Below the pieces are notes generated by a model. That model saw only the letters and a list, made by a program, of their open reading frames with translations. It did no database searches and was not told the DNA's origin. Shown in pieces: positions 36,768 to 45,460 of a DNA stretch of 64,000 nucleotides. Origin of the DNA: Singulisphaera sp. PoT (GTDB lineage Bacteria > Planctomycetota > Planctomycetia > Isosphaerales > Isosphaeraceae); assembly GCF_049331405.1 (NCBI RefSeq), contig NZ_CP186274.1:2704367-2768366 (forward strand). Reading direction: 5' to 3'. Position numbers and translations under genes: made by a program. Position 1 is the stretch's first letter, and each line of letters begins with the position of its first letter.

Positions 36768-38852
36768 TCATACGACCTGCTTGGAGGAGACATCCAGATC
36801 GACCCTGTGGGTTTGCTTCCGCTTCCGCTCGACCCGATCCTCGCGGCACCTCCAGAGCTGCCAGATCCCGATCACGACGCCGAGCGAGAGGGCGGGCCTG
36901 GCGGCCTTCGTCGCCTCGGGGTCCTCGCCGCTCGACGGGGCCGGGGGCGGGACCTCCATCGGCTGATCGGGGGTGGCCGGGAGCGTCCCGGGCGCCTGTC
37001 CCGCCTCGGGGACGACGGGGGCCTTGTCCCGCTTGGAGTCGAGAGTCTGCCCGGCCTTCAGGTCGGCCTTGCCGGGGTCGGCCTTGCCGGGGTCGGCCTT
37101 CGGGGTCGCGGCCTTCGCGTGGGCGTTCGTCCCCGTCGTCGCCTGCGTGCGGTCCGCCTTGCGACGGTTCACGACCGACCGGGCGAGCGGCTGGTCCTCG
37201 GTGGCCGACCGGAGGAAGAGCGTCCCGCGCGGCTCGGGGAGCGACTGCCCGAGCGAGGCGCCCGCGATGGTCGACTCCGACGTGCTGGTCGCCGAGGCGG
37301 TCGTCGTGCTGGTGCTCGTGCTGGAGTTCGTCTCAGTGGTCGAGGTGGGGACCACCGTGAAGACCGCCGTGGACTGGCTCGCGGTCGTGGTGGTGGTTGT
37401 GGTCGTCGTGGTCGTGCTGGTCGAGGTCGAGGTCGAGGTCGGCGTCGTGAACTGGCGGGGGCCGGGGCCGTGAGGCCCGCTATGGGGCGGAGGCTGCGTC
37501 GGGCCGTCGTGCGTCGAGCCCGAGCTGCCAGAGCTACCGGAAGACGTCGTGCCGGTGGTCGTGGTGGTCGTCGTGGTGGCGGAGGCCAGGAACGTGGCAA
37601 GGCTGCTGGCCTTGGGACTGCCAAGGCCGGTGACGAGGTCGTAGCCGCGGCCGGCCTGGTAGTACGCGTTGTAGCCGGTGGTGATGTCGTTGAAGTAGGT
37701 CGACGGGGTCGACTGATACTCGGTCGCGGCCTTGCTGTAGAGCAGGCTCAGCGTGTCCTGCGAGTCGAGCGAGGAGAGCCCGGAGAGGGACCGACCCTGG
37801 TCGGCGATCGCGACGAGGGCCGACCATTGCGGGGCCCCGGCGCTGGTGCCGCCGACCTCGAACCAGCCCGACTGGCCGGACACGCCCAGCGAGTCATACA
37901 CGGCGTAGCCGTTGGTGGCGCTGGCGTCGTACGAGACGTCGGGGGTCGAACGCGCCGGGAGTTGGTTGCCGAAGACCGACGTCTGATAGCTCGGGGTCGA
38001 CTCGTACTGACTGAGCCCGCCGCCGCTGCCTTGCGAGTAGTAGCCGCTCCAGGCGGTCTCACCCTGGTAGGTGCCGGTGGTCGAGGCGGAGAGCGTGGTG
38101 CCGCCGACGCTGACGACGTTGGGCGAGGCCGCGGGCCACTCGGCCCCCGAGATGCCCCCCGAGTCGCCCGAGGAGGCCACGAAGGTGACGCCGGGGACGT
38201 TGAAAAGGGAGTCGAGCGAGGTCTCGCCCAAGAATTCGCCGGTTCCCCAGCTCATCGAGACGACGTTCGCCTGGGTGGAGGCGTACTTCACCGCGGCCGT
38301 CAGGTCGCTCAGGCTGCTGGAATTCGCCTCGACGAGCAGGATCTTGGCGCCAGGGGCCATCGCGTGGGCCCACTCGACGTCGAGCGAGATTTCCAGGGCC
38401 CAGCCGGCGTCGGTGGCCGGGAGCGAGGTCGTGCTGCCGGACTGGTTCACGACGGTCAGGCTGGCGGAGGGGAGGTTGTACTGGCTGTCGAACTTCGCGA
38501 GGTCGGCGGCGATGTTCGGGTCGTTGTAGGCGTCGACGATGGCGATGGTCTCGCCGGTGCCGTCCCCCTTGACCGATTTCGTTCCCGAGTTGAATACGAT
38601 CTGGCTGAAGCCGTATGCTTGGCTCACCTGGCTCGGGGTCAGGCTCCCGGCGACCGGGCTCGAGACGACCGTCGTCCCCGTGGAGCCGAGGCCGCTGCGG
38701 TCGGCCGCGACCGACGGGGCCACCACGATATCGCTGAGGGATGTGAGGAGATGACGAGACTCCATCGACTCGACCCGAGGAACGTTCCCCCTCCGTGTCC
38801 GCGTGCGGACGGAGGCGCACCCGCGCCCTCCCTGCGTCTTCGTTCGGCGCAT
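36768..38852 (-). CDS. Secreted sedolisin/subtilase-type (S8/S53) serine peptidase with a long Thr/Ser-rich linker and a C-terminal membrane anchor
   Basis: N-terminal ESMESRHLLTS motif (as commonly described for planctomycete secreted proteins); catalytic Ser motif GGTSAGAPQWSAL; Asp box IAIVDAYNDP; poly-Thr stretch of >60 residues; C-terminal TM ALSLGVVIGIWQLW. Start approximate; the ORF extends to 39044. Confidence 0.8.
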   Translation of the reverse strand: MRRTKTQGGRGCASVRTRTRRGNVPRVESMESRHLLTSLSDIVVAPSVAADRSGLGSTGTTVVSSPVAGSLTPSQVSQAYGFSQIVFNSGTKSVKGDGTGETIAIVDAYNDPNIAADLAKFDSQYNLPSASLTVVNQSGSTTSLPATDAGWALEISLDVEWAHAMAPGAKILLVEANSSSLSDLTAAVKYASTQANVVSMSWGTGEFLGETSLDSLFNVPGVTFVASSGDSGGISGAEWPAASPNVVSVGGTTLSASTTGTYQGETAWSGYYSQGSGGGLSQYESTPSYQTSVFGNQLPARSTPDVSYDASATNGYAVYDSLGVSGQSGWFEVGGTSAGAPQWSALVAIADQGRSLSGLSSLDSQDTLSLLYSKAATEYQSTPSTYFNDITTGYNAYYQAGRGYDLVTGLGSPKASSLATFLASATTTTTTTTGTTSSGSSGSSGSTHDGPTQPPPHSGPHGPGPRQFTTPTSTSTSTSTTTTTTTTTTTASQSTAVFTVVPTSTTETNSSTSTSTTTASATSTSESTIAGASLGQSLPEPRGTLFLRSATEDQPLARSVVNRRKADRTQATTGTNAHAKAATPKADPGKADPGKADLKAGQTLDSKRDKAPVVPEAGQAPGTLPATPDQPMEVPPPAPSSGEDPEATKAARPALSLGVVIGIWQLWRCREDRVERKRKQTHRVDLDVSSKQVV
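37250..37620 (-). repeat. Low-complexity ACC/ACG/AGC codon repeat encoding the poly-Thr/Ser linker of the peptidase
   Basis: Read directly; it generates spurious ORFs on the opposite strand. Confidence 0.7.
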
Positions 38853-39179
38853 GGCAGACCCTTGTTGTCGTTCTGGTGATGCGTGACTCGGCGGCCGGAC
38901 ACCGCGAATCGCATTCGCGGCTGCTAATCCGACCGAAGGCCAGCCGATCCTCGCGACGGGGGGGGGTCGAGGAAACGGTGCGACATGAATGCACCCATAC
39001 GTCGGGTGCATTCCAAGGTTAGCCCGCTCTCGAAGGTTATTCAAGGAGAAGTTCGGGGTGGCTATGACGAATGCCGTAAAGTTTCCTTAACCCCGAGAGC
39101 GGTCACGAGTGCCGATATAGGCCCCCATCGATGAACGTCCAACGGGACCCTTGACATCCAATTTCGAGGACATGATCTG

Positions 39180-39518
39180 ATGTCGAATCCTTCCATGATT
39201 CATGCGTTGATGGCCCTCATCGCCGAGCGCAAGGCGAACCCCCCGGCCGAGCGTTCCTACGTCGTCTCGCTGATCCAGTCGGGCGACGCCAAGATCCTGG
39301 GCAAGATCGCCGAGGAGACCGCCGAGGTCATCGAGGCCGCCGCCGAACCTGGCGAAGAAGGGCGGGCCCACCTCGTCAAGGAGGCCGCCGACCTGATCTT
39401 CCACGCCCTCGTCCTACTGGGCCGACACGACGTGGCCTGGGGCGACGTGGAGGCCGAGCTGGCCCGCCGATTCGGGATCAGCGGGATCGTGGAGAAGGAG
39501 TCGCGCGCCTCGAAGTGA
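39180..39518 (+). CDS. hisE: Phosphoribosyl-ATP pyrophosphohydrolase
   Basis: 112 aa MazG-like; motif SYVVSLIQSGDAKILGKIAEETAEVIEAA…HLVKEAADLIFHALVLL. Confidence 0.85.
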   Translation: MSNPSMIHALMALIAERKANPPAERSYVVSLIQSGDAKILGKIAEETAEVIEAAAEPGEEGRAHLVKEAADLIFHALVLLGRHDVAWGDVEAELARRFGISGIVEKESRASK

Positions 39519-39641
39519 GCCCGCCCCAGGCTCGGCGCGGGCCGGCGGGCGCAAAGGTCCTGTTGTGGCTCGTCGGCTCGAACGTGTACGATGGTGCGGT
39601 GAACCAAGTTCGGGCCTCCTTGATTTCGGGAACGCGGGCGC

Positions 39642-40733
39642 ATGGGTAGTCGGGTCGTCCTGGCGATGAGTGGCGGAGTCGACAGTTCCGTCGCGGCGCA
39701 CCTGCTCAAGGAGCAGGGGCATGAGGTGATCGGCCTCTTCATGCGCACGGGTGCTCATGAAGGGGGACTCGAGCGCCGGGCGAAGACCTGCTGCAGCGCC
39801 ACTGACGCCGTCGACGCCCAGAACGTGGCGGACCGGCTCGACATCCCCTTCTACGCCCTCGACTTCGAGCGAGACTTCAGCCGAATCATGGACCAGTTCG
39901 CCGACGAGTATGCCGCCGGCCGGACGCCCAACCCCTGCGTGATGTGCAACATCTGGCTCAAGTTCGGCAAGCTCTGGTCGTACGGAAAGCAGGTCGGCGC
40001 CGACTTCGTGGCGACAGGGCACTACGCCGGGATCGTGAACGACGCCGACTCGGCACCGAGGATCGCCCGCGCCCAGGATCGCTCCAAGGATCAGTCCTAC
40101 GTCCTGTTCGGGCTGCGCCGCGAGTTGCTGCCGCACGTCCTCTTCCCGGTCGGGCACCTGCCCAAGTCCGAGATCCGGGAACTGGCGAAGGACCTCGGCC
40201 TCCCCGTTCACGACAAGCCCGATAGCCAGGAGATCTGCTTCGTCCCCGACGACGACTACCTCGAGTTCGTCCGCAACCGCCGCCCCGACCTCGACACGAA
40301 GGGGGATATCGTGGACGAGGATGGCAAGGTCGTCGGCAGCCACGCGGGGATCGAGGGGTTCACGATCGGCCAGCGCCGGGGGCTCGGCATCGCCGTGGGC
40401 GCCCCGCGTTACGTCGTCGAGATCGAGCCGATGAGCCGGACGGTCACGATCGGCGGCAGGGGCTCGCTCGAGAAGCGCGTCCTGGAGGCCTCGAGGTTCA
40501 ACTGGCAAGGGCCCATGCCCGACGGCCCGATCACCTGCGACGCCCAGATCCGGGCCAGGCACACTGCTGCGCCCGCGACGGTCCATCCGGTCGGCTCCGA
40601 CAAGGTTCGTGTTGTTTTCGAGCAACCTCAGTCCGCGATCACCCCCGGCCAGGTCGTCGCCCTCTACCAGGGGGATATGGTCCTCGGCGGCGGTTGGATC
40701 GACCGCGCCCTCGACGAACTCCCCCCCGGCTGA
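39642..40733 (+). CDS. mnmA: tRNA-specific 2-thiouridylase (tRNA s2U34 synthase)
   Basis: PP-loop SGGVDSSV; the catalytic cysteines and canonical MnmA domains are present. Confidence 0.95.
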   Translation: MGSRVVLAMSGGVDSSVAAHLLKEQGHEVIGLFMRTGAHEGGLERRAKTCCSATDAVDAQNVADRLDIPFYALDFERDFSRIMDQFADEYAAGRTPNPCVMCNIWLKFGKLWSYGKQVGADFVATGHYAGIVNDADSAPRIARAQDRSKDQSYVLFGLRRELLPHVLFPVGHLPKSEIRELAKDLGLPVHDKPDSQEICFVPDDDYLEFVRNRRPDLDTKGDIVDEDGKVVGSHAGIEGFTIGQRRGLGIAVGAPRYVVEIEPMSRTVTIGGRGSLEKRVLEASRFNWQGPMPDGPITCDAQIRARHTAAPATVHPVGSDKVRVVFEQPQSAITPGQVVALYQGDMVLGGGWIDRALDELPPG

Positions 40734-40808
40734 GTCCTGCCCGCCAGCCTGAGCCTGCTGCGTCCCTACTTTCCCAGCCTCGACGACGGTGTCATTGGAG
40801 TTGCCACG

Positions 40809-41117
40809 ATGCTAACCGTGGGCATGTATTACGACGTGCTGCCAGACAAGGTGGACCTTTTCACCACGAAGTTCCAGGATGTTTTGAGATTACTCGAGAC
40901 AATTCCCGGGCATTCGACCAGCTTCCTCTATCAGCGCGTGGACGACCCGCTCTCGTACGCGATCCTCAGCGAGTGGAGCGACGAGAAGGCCTTCCGCGAC
41001 TTCATCCGCTCGGCCGCCTTCCACCAGGTCACGTCCTGGGGCAAGGAGCAGGTCCTCCGCTCGGCCCCTCGCCACAAGGTCTACCCCCGGACCGAGGACG
41101 TCGGCCGCCCTTCCTGA
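40809..41117 (+). CDS. Antibiotic-biosynthesis-monooxygenase (ABM)-fold / Dabb-like small protein
   Basis: 102 aa; beta-alpha-beta ferredoxin-like pattern with FRDFIRSAAFHQ. Confidence 0.55.
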   Translation: MLTVGMYYDVLPDKVDLFTTKFQDVLRLLETIPGHSTSFLYQRVDDPLSYAILSEWSDEKAFRDFIRSAAFHQVTSWGKEQVLRSAPRHKVYPRTEDVGRPS

Positions 41118-41297
41118 ACTCGGATTGCCAAGTTTGCGTGTAGGAAATAGGATTTCCTCACCGTGCCGCAGGGAAGAGCCCGCAGATATGCCAAACTGTT
41201 CAATTTCCCTGGCTTACGGCCTAGACATCCTCAATTCCACATCCCGAGTCCCGAGGCCGCAACGCGAGGGACGACGAAAGGGAGCCTGGGGCGATCA

Positions 41298-42512
41298 ATG
41301 GCTCAGCTTAGCCTTATACTTCCGGTGACCCCGCGTGTATCCCCGGCGGTTGAGCCGATCCGTGATCTCTGCTCGAACCTGAACGCCCTGGGGCATACGG
41401 TCGACTGCATCATCTCCCTCGACCCTGGCGCGGTCTCGGACCCAAAATTTGCGGATACGGGATGGAGCGTCTGCACGGCCAAGAATCCGGGGCTGTCCGC
41501 GGCGGCCGTCGCGGGGCTGGCGCAGGCGCAAGGTGACGTCCTGCTGCTCCTCGATGGCACCAGGAATTACTCGATCGAGGATCTCAAACGGGTCATCGAG
41601 CCGGTCGTCCAGAATGAGGCCGACCTCGTCATCTCGAGCCCGAGGGTCGAAGGCGGGAAGGGGACTCGCTGGCCTCTCCAGAAGCCGGTCGGCACCCTGT
41701 CTCGACGCCTGCTCGGCACGTCTGACCCGCTCTCGGGGCTCGTCGCGATCTCGCCGAAGCTGCTGGCGACCACCGAGTTCTTCCCGATCGGCTCCCTCTT
41801 CGCGCTGGAACTAGCGATCCGGGTCGATGCCCGGCGCCTCGACGTACCGCTCTCGAGGGCGGTCGGCTCCCCGCACCGGCACTGGTCGATCGACGACCTC
41901 CGGTTCGCCAAGCGCTTGTCGGAGGAGCGTTTCGGCAACTTCTCGCGGCTGATCCAGTTCTGCCTCGTGGGCGCCTCGGGGATGATCGTCGACCTGAGCT
42001 GCTACGCCCTCTTCCAGTGGCTCCTGTCGAAGACCTCGCTGGCCTCGGCGCAGATGCCCCTGATCGGCGGGCCGCTGACGCTGGCCGTGGCGGCCGCCCT
42101 GGCGATCGGGATCGCCCTGACCTGGAACTTCTCGCTCAATCGCCGGCTCACATTCAGTTATGCCCGGGGCGAGTCGATCCTCAAGCAATTCTTCGCTTAT
42201 GCGTTGAGCAACGCCCTCGGGATCGTCCTGAGCTACTCGCTGCGGCTGCTCCTGCCCCGGCACGTCGGCTACTTCCAGCGCCACAAGCTCGCCGCCGCGC
42301 TGGTCGGCATCGTCTGCGCGACGGGCATCAGCTTCTCGATGGCCCGCTGGTTCGTCTTCGCCAGGCGGCACAACTCGGACATGCCCGAGGCCACCGGGGT
42401 CGTCGAGGCCAAGGTCGTCGAGGCGGTCCCCGCTTCTCGAGAAGCCGGCGATTCGACTTCCAGTTACACCTCGCCCCGCAACCTGTCGGCCTCGGCGCTC
42501 GAGGCGCTCTGA
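41298..42512 (+). CDS. Family-2 glycosyltransferase (dolichyl/polyprenyl-phosphate sugar synthase-like) fused to a C-terminal GtrA-like 4-TM domain
   Basis: GT-A region (ISLDPG…LLLDGTRNYSIEDL…DLVISSP) followed by GtrA-type helices (FSRLIQFCLVGASGMIVDLSCYALF…). Confidence 0.75.
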   Translation: MAQLSLILPVTPRVSPAVEPIRDLCSNLNALGHTVDCIISLDPGAVSDPKFADTGWSVCTAKNPGLSAAAVAGLAQAQGDVLLLLDGTRNYSIEDLKRVIEPVVQNEADLVISSPRVEGGKGTRWPLQKPVGTLSRRLLGTSDPLSGLVAISPKLLATTEFFPIGSLFALELAIRVDARRLDVPLSRAVGSPHRHWSIDDLRFAKRLSEERFGNFSRLIQFCLVGASGMIVDLSCYALFQWLLSKTSLASAQMPLIGGPLTLAVAAALAIGIALTWNFSLNRRLTFSYARGESILKQFFAYALSNALGIVLSYSLRLLLPRHVGYFQRHKLAAALVGIVCATGISFSMARWFVFARRHNSDMPEATGVVEAKVVEAVPASREAGDSTSSYTSPRNLSASALEAL

Positions 42513-43180
42513 CCCTCGGAGTCCGTCGAGGTCGTTCCCTCCGGCGCGAGGAACTGCAACGGTTCGTCTCGGGTCGGGGGGGCCGGGCGTCGTCGAGGGC
42601 GGCGGGCGTACTGATTGAACATGACGGCGACGAACACGACCAGCGCGCCCAGGGCGATCGCCCAGTCGAGCTGGTTCGATCGTTTCCGGGGAGCCGGCGC
42701 GGCGGGACTTTGCGCGCCGGCCTTCGGCGGTTGGCTCCCCACGATGAGCGGGGCACCCCGCACGGCGTCGCCCCCTTCGTAGCGGACCTTCTTGAGGTAC
42801 ATCCCCGCGAATTGGAGCGTGCCGGTCTTCGGCAGGTCGATTCCCTTCTCATCGGGGAAGACGACGCAGAAGGGGTCTCCCGCCGGCGAAATGAGCCAGG
42901 CCTCGGTCAGCGAGGGGAAGGTGCCGAACGGCGGCTGATGGAAGCGGCGGGCGAGCCGGCCTTCCACCTGCACGAATTTGCCCTCGAATTCAGCGCCGCG
43001 GAACCAGAGGTCGCGGAAGGTGACCCGACTCGGGGGCGTCTTCGGCCGGTTCGACTCCGTGAGTGCCGCGCGGTACGCGGGCAAGTCGACGAGTTCGAGT
43101 TTGGAATCGGCGAGGAGCCGGGCGGCGGCGAGGTTCGAGATCGCCAGGGCGAGGCTCGCGATCGCCTTGCGTCGGGTCAT
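42464..43180 (-). CDS. Conserved two-TM protein ending ExbB/ExbD cassette 2 (paralog of 29201..30097)
   Basis: Shares motif TEAWLISPAGDPFCVVFPDE…LQFAGMYLKKVRYEGG with the cassette-1 protein. N- and C-terminal TM segments. Confidence 0.7.
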   Translation of the reverse strand: MTRRKAIASLALAISNLAAARLLADSKLELVDLPAYRAALTESNRPKTPPSRVTFRDLWFRGAEFEGKFVQVEGRLARRFHQPPFGTFPSLTEAWLISPAGDPFCVVFPDEKGIDLPKTGTLQFAGMYLKKVRYEGGDAVRGAPLIVGSQPPKAGAQSPAAPAPRKRSNQLDWAIALGALVVFVAVMFNQYARRPRRRPAPPTRDEPLQFLAPEGTTSTDSEGQSASSAEADRLRGEV

Positions 43181-43713
43181 GGTATGGTCTTCGTCGCGGG
43201 AGAGTCGGGCTGAAACTCGCTCGAAGGATTGGCGAGGCGGATCGTGGTCGCCCCCGCGCTCGAGATCGCGGCGACGAGGCGCGCGGCCTCTTCATAGCGT
43301 AAGGCGTCGTCGGCCGCGAGCCTGACGCGGAGCGGACGGCCTTCGAGGACCTTGACGTAGCGCTGGAGCCGTTCGCCCAGCGTCGAGACGTCGGGGATGG
43401 CGAGTTCGCCCAGGCGAAGACCCTTCAGGTCGCCGAGCTCATTGGCCTCGGCCCTGACGAAGAGGTCGTTCTCGAGGTCGGTATCCACCCGCCTGGCCGG
43501 GTTGGGCCGGGCCGTCCCCTTCGTCTCGCCCGGCAGGGCCAGGGGTGTGGCGGGGAGGTCGAGGTCGATGTGGGTTTCGAGCGAGGGGGACTGGAAGGTC
43601 AGCACGAAGAAGGCCAGGAGCTGGAAGGCCATGTCGAGCATCGGCGTGACGGGGAACTGGACCCCCTCGTCGGGCTTGTGCCGGACCTTCGGCTTACCAT
43701 GCGGGTAACTCAT
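43177..43713 (-). CDS. ExbD/TolR-family protein (cassette 2, type b)
   Basis: Signature segment FPVTPMLDMAFQLLAFFVLTF. The start is taken at MSYPHGK. Confidence 0.85.
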   Translation of the reverse strand: MSYPHGKPKVRHKPDEGVQFPVTPMLDMAFQLLAFFVLTFQSPSLETHIDLDLPATPLALPGETKGTARPNPARRVDTDLENDLFVRAEANELGDLKGLRLGELAIPDVSTLGERLQRYVKVLEGRPLRVRLAADDALRYEEAARLVAAISSAGATTIRLANPSSEFQPDSPATKTIP

Positions 43714-44180
43714 CGCTCTTGGCCTCGCATGACGACCAGCGTGAAGTGGGCGAATCCGCGTTCCTGGGCGATCGCGAGCGTCCGGCGGACCTTCCCATAA
43801 GGGACGTCGCGGTCGGCCCTGATGATGACGACCGTCTGGATCTCGAGCGTCGGACCTCCGAGCGTCTCCTGGCCGGCGACCCGACGCTTGCCTTGTTCGG
43901 CCCACCAGGCGTCGGCAGCGTCGCCGTCGATCGCGCCCGAGTCGAGCAGGATCTTCCCCTCGCGATCCATGAGCACGACCAGGCGGTCGAGGCTCAGGTC
44001 CTTGCCCGGCAGCGCCGCGGGCGCGATCGGGAGCCGGATGTCCTTCGTCGCCCCCTCGAGCTTCGAGCCGAAGTGGATCAGCATCATGAAGAACGTGATG
44101 AGCTGGAGCACGACGTCGAGCAACGGCGTCAAATTCAGGTTGAAGACCTCTTCGCCACGGTTCCAGGGTTTGCGGGGCAT
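43710..44180 (-). CDS. ExbD/TolR-family protein (cassette 2, type a)
   Basis: Signature segment NLTPLLDVVLQLITFFMMLIHF. The start is taken at MPRKPWN. Confidence 0.85.
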   Translation of the reverse strand: MPRKPWNRGEEVFNLNLTPLLDVVLQLITFFMMLIHFGSKLEGATKDIRLPIAPAALPGKDLSLDRLVVLMDREGKILLDSGAIDGDAADAWWAEQGKRRVAGQETLGGPTLEIQTVVIIRADRDVPYGKVRRTLAIAQERGFAHFTLVVMRGQER

Positions 44181-44310
44181 GGCGAATTCTCGCAGGGCCT
44201 CTCGGCCGTTGTCTTCGGGCGACTTGACGCGTTGAGGGGCGTGGACGACGAGGAACCGGGACAACCTCCGCAACCGCATCTTCAGGGATCGAAGCGGTCC
44301 GCGCGGGCGA

Positions 44311-45153
44311 TCACTTCTCGTAAGGGGGCAGGGCGGTGGTCGGCCTGGGCGCCGCGACGACCGGCGCGGTCGAGGCGGAGGCCAGCGGGTGCAGCGACCG
44401 GATGCCGGGGGCGAACTGCTCCAGGAGCGTCTCTGAGGTCAGGGCCACCTCGAGCGAGATCCGGGCGATCCGGTTCCGGAAGAGCGAGTGGAAGTAGATC
44501 GCGGGGATCGACAGCGCGATCCCTTCCAGCGTGGCGAAGAGTGCCGTCGAGATCCCCTCGGCGAGCTGACTCGCCTGGGGCGAACCGCCGGCCGTCGCGA
44601 TCACGCGAAAGCTCATGATCATGCCATAGACCGTCCCCACCAGCCCGATCATGGGGCCGAGGGTGCCGACCGTCGCCAGGTAGGTCGTCTGGTGCTCGAG
44701 CTCCATGGTGGCGTCTTCGTTGGCCATCTCCATCGAGCGTTGCGCGGGGCCGGCCCCCGACGGCAGCTTGCGGACGCCGGCGCCCAGGACCCTGGCCAGG
44801 AACGACGTGTTCACGACGAGCCGCTGGTAGGCCTCCTCATACAGCTTCTGGCCGAGGAGGTTGCTCAGTTCGTTGAGCAGCGACGCGGGGATGGCCACCG
44901 ATCGCCGGCACTGGAAGGCCATCCAGGCGACGAGGGCGATCAGGTAGAAGGACATCACCGCGATGATGAGGCCCATCGGCCACGAGGCGCGCATCATCCA
45001 GTGGAGGAAGGACTCGGAGCCTTCGGCCTGGGCCGCCGCGGCCGCGGCAGCCTCCGGGGCCTGGGCCGCTTCCTGCGCGAAGGCCGGGGCGAAGACGCCC
45101 AGGCCCATCAAGATGGCGATGGCGATCAGCGTGTGTCGGAAAGTCGAAGACAT
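44311..45153 (-). CDS. MotA/TolQ/ExbB-family proton channel (cassette 2)
   Basis: Signature segment GPMIGLVGTVYGMIMSFRVIA…EGISTALFATLEGIALSIPAIYFHSLFRNRI. Signal-peptide-like N-terminus. Confidence 0.9.
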   Translation of the reverse strand: MSSTFRHTLIAIAILMGLGVFAPAFAQEAAQAPEAAAAAAAQAEGSESFLHWMMRASWPMGLIIAVMSFYLIALVAWMAFQCRRSVAIPASLLNELSNLLGQKLYEEAYQRLVVNTSFLARVLGAGVRKLPSGAGPAQRSMEMANEDATMELEHQTTYLATVGTLGPMIGLVGTVYGMIMSFRVIATAGGSPQASQLAEGISTALFATLEGIALSIPAIYFHSLFRNRIARISLEVALTSETLLEQFAPGIRSLHPLASASTAPVVAAPRPTTALPPYEK

Positions 45154-45460
45154 GGGACGACGAACTCCCCGGCCGGCATGAGCAAGCGCACACGCGAGGC
45201 ACCAAGGTCTTAATCGGCAGGTCCGATCCCGGGCAACGGGCTCAGCTTAGCCGATACCCCCATCGTCGACAACTCCACCAATCCATCCCACCGTCCCATA
45301 AATACGGCTCTCCTATGCGAGCAGGAAAGACGGGTAAGTGAGAGCGCCGCGCGGGGCGTATCACCGGCCGCTCCTCGACACTTGCGACGGCCCATTGGGA
45401 CTGCTCTAATCCTTCTCCGTCCGTTCTTCCCGCCTTCTCATCCTCCCGCCGGAGTTCGTC

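Noticed and set aside
36807-38879. 690-aa + strand ORF and Arg/Pro-rich ORFs (36647..37360, 37169..37624, 38059..38994) overlapping the peptidase gene
   Set aside because: They are antisense or alternative frames through the poly-Thr codon repeat and the GC-rich peptidase gene. No domains.
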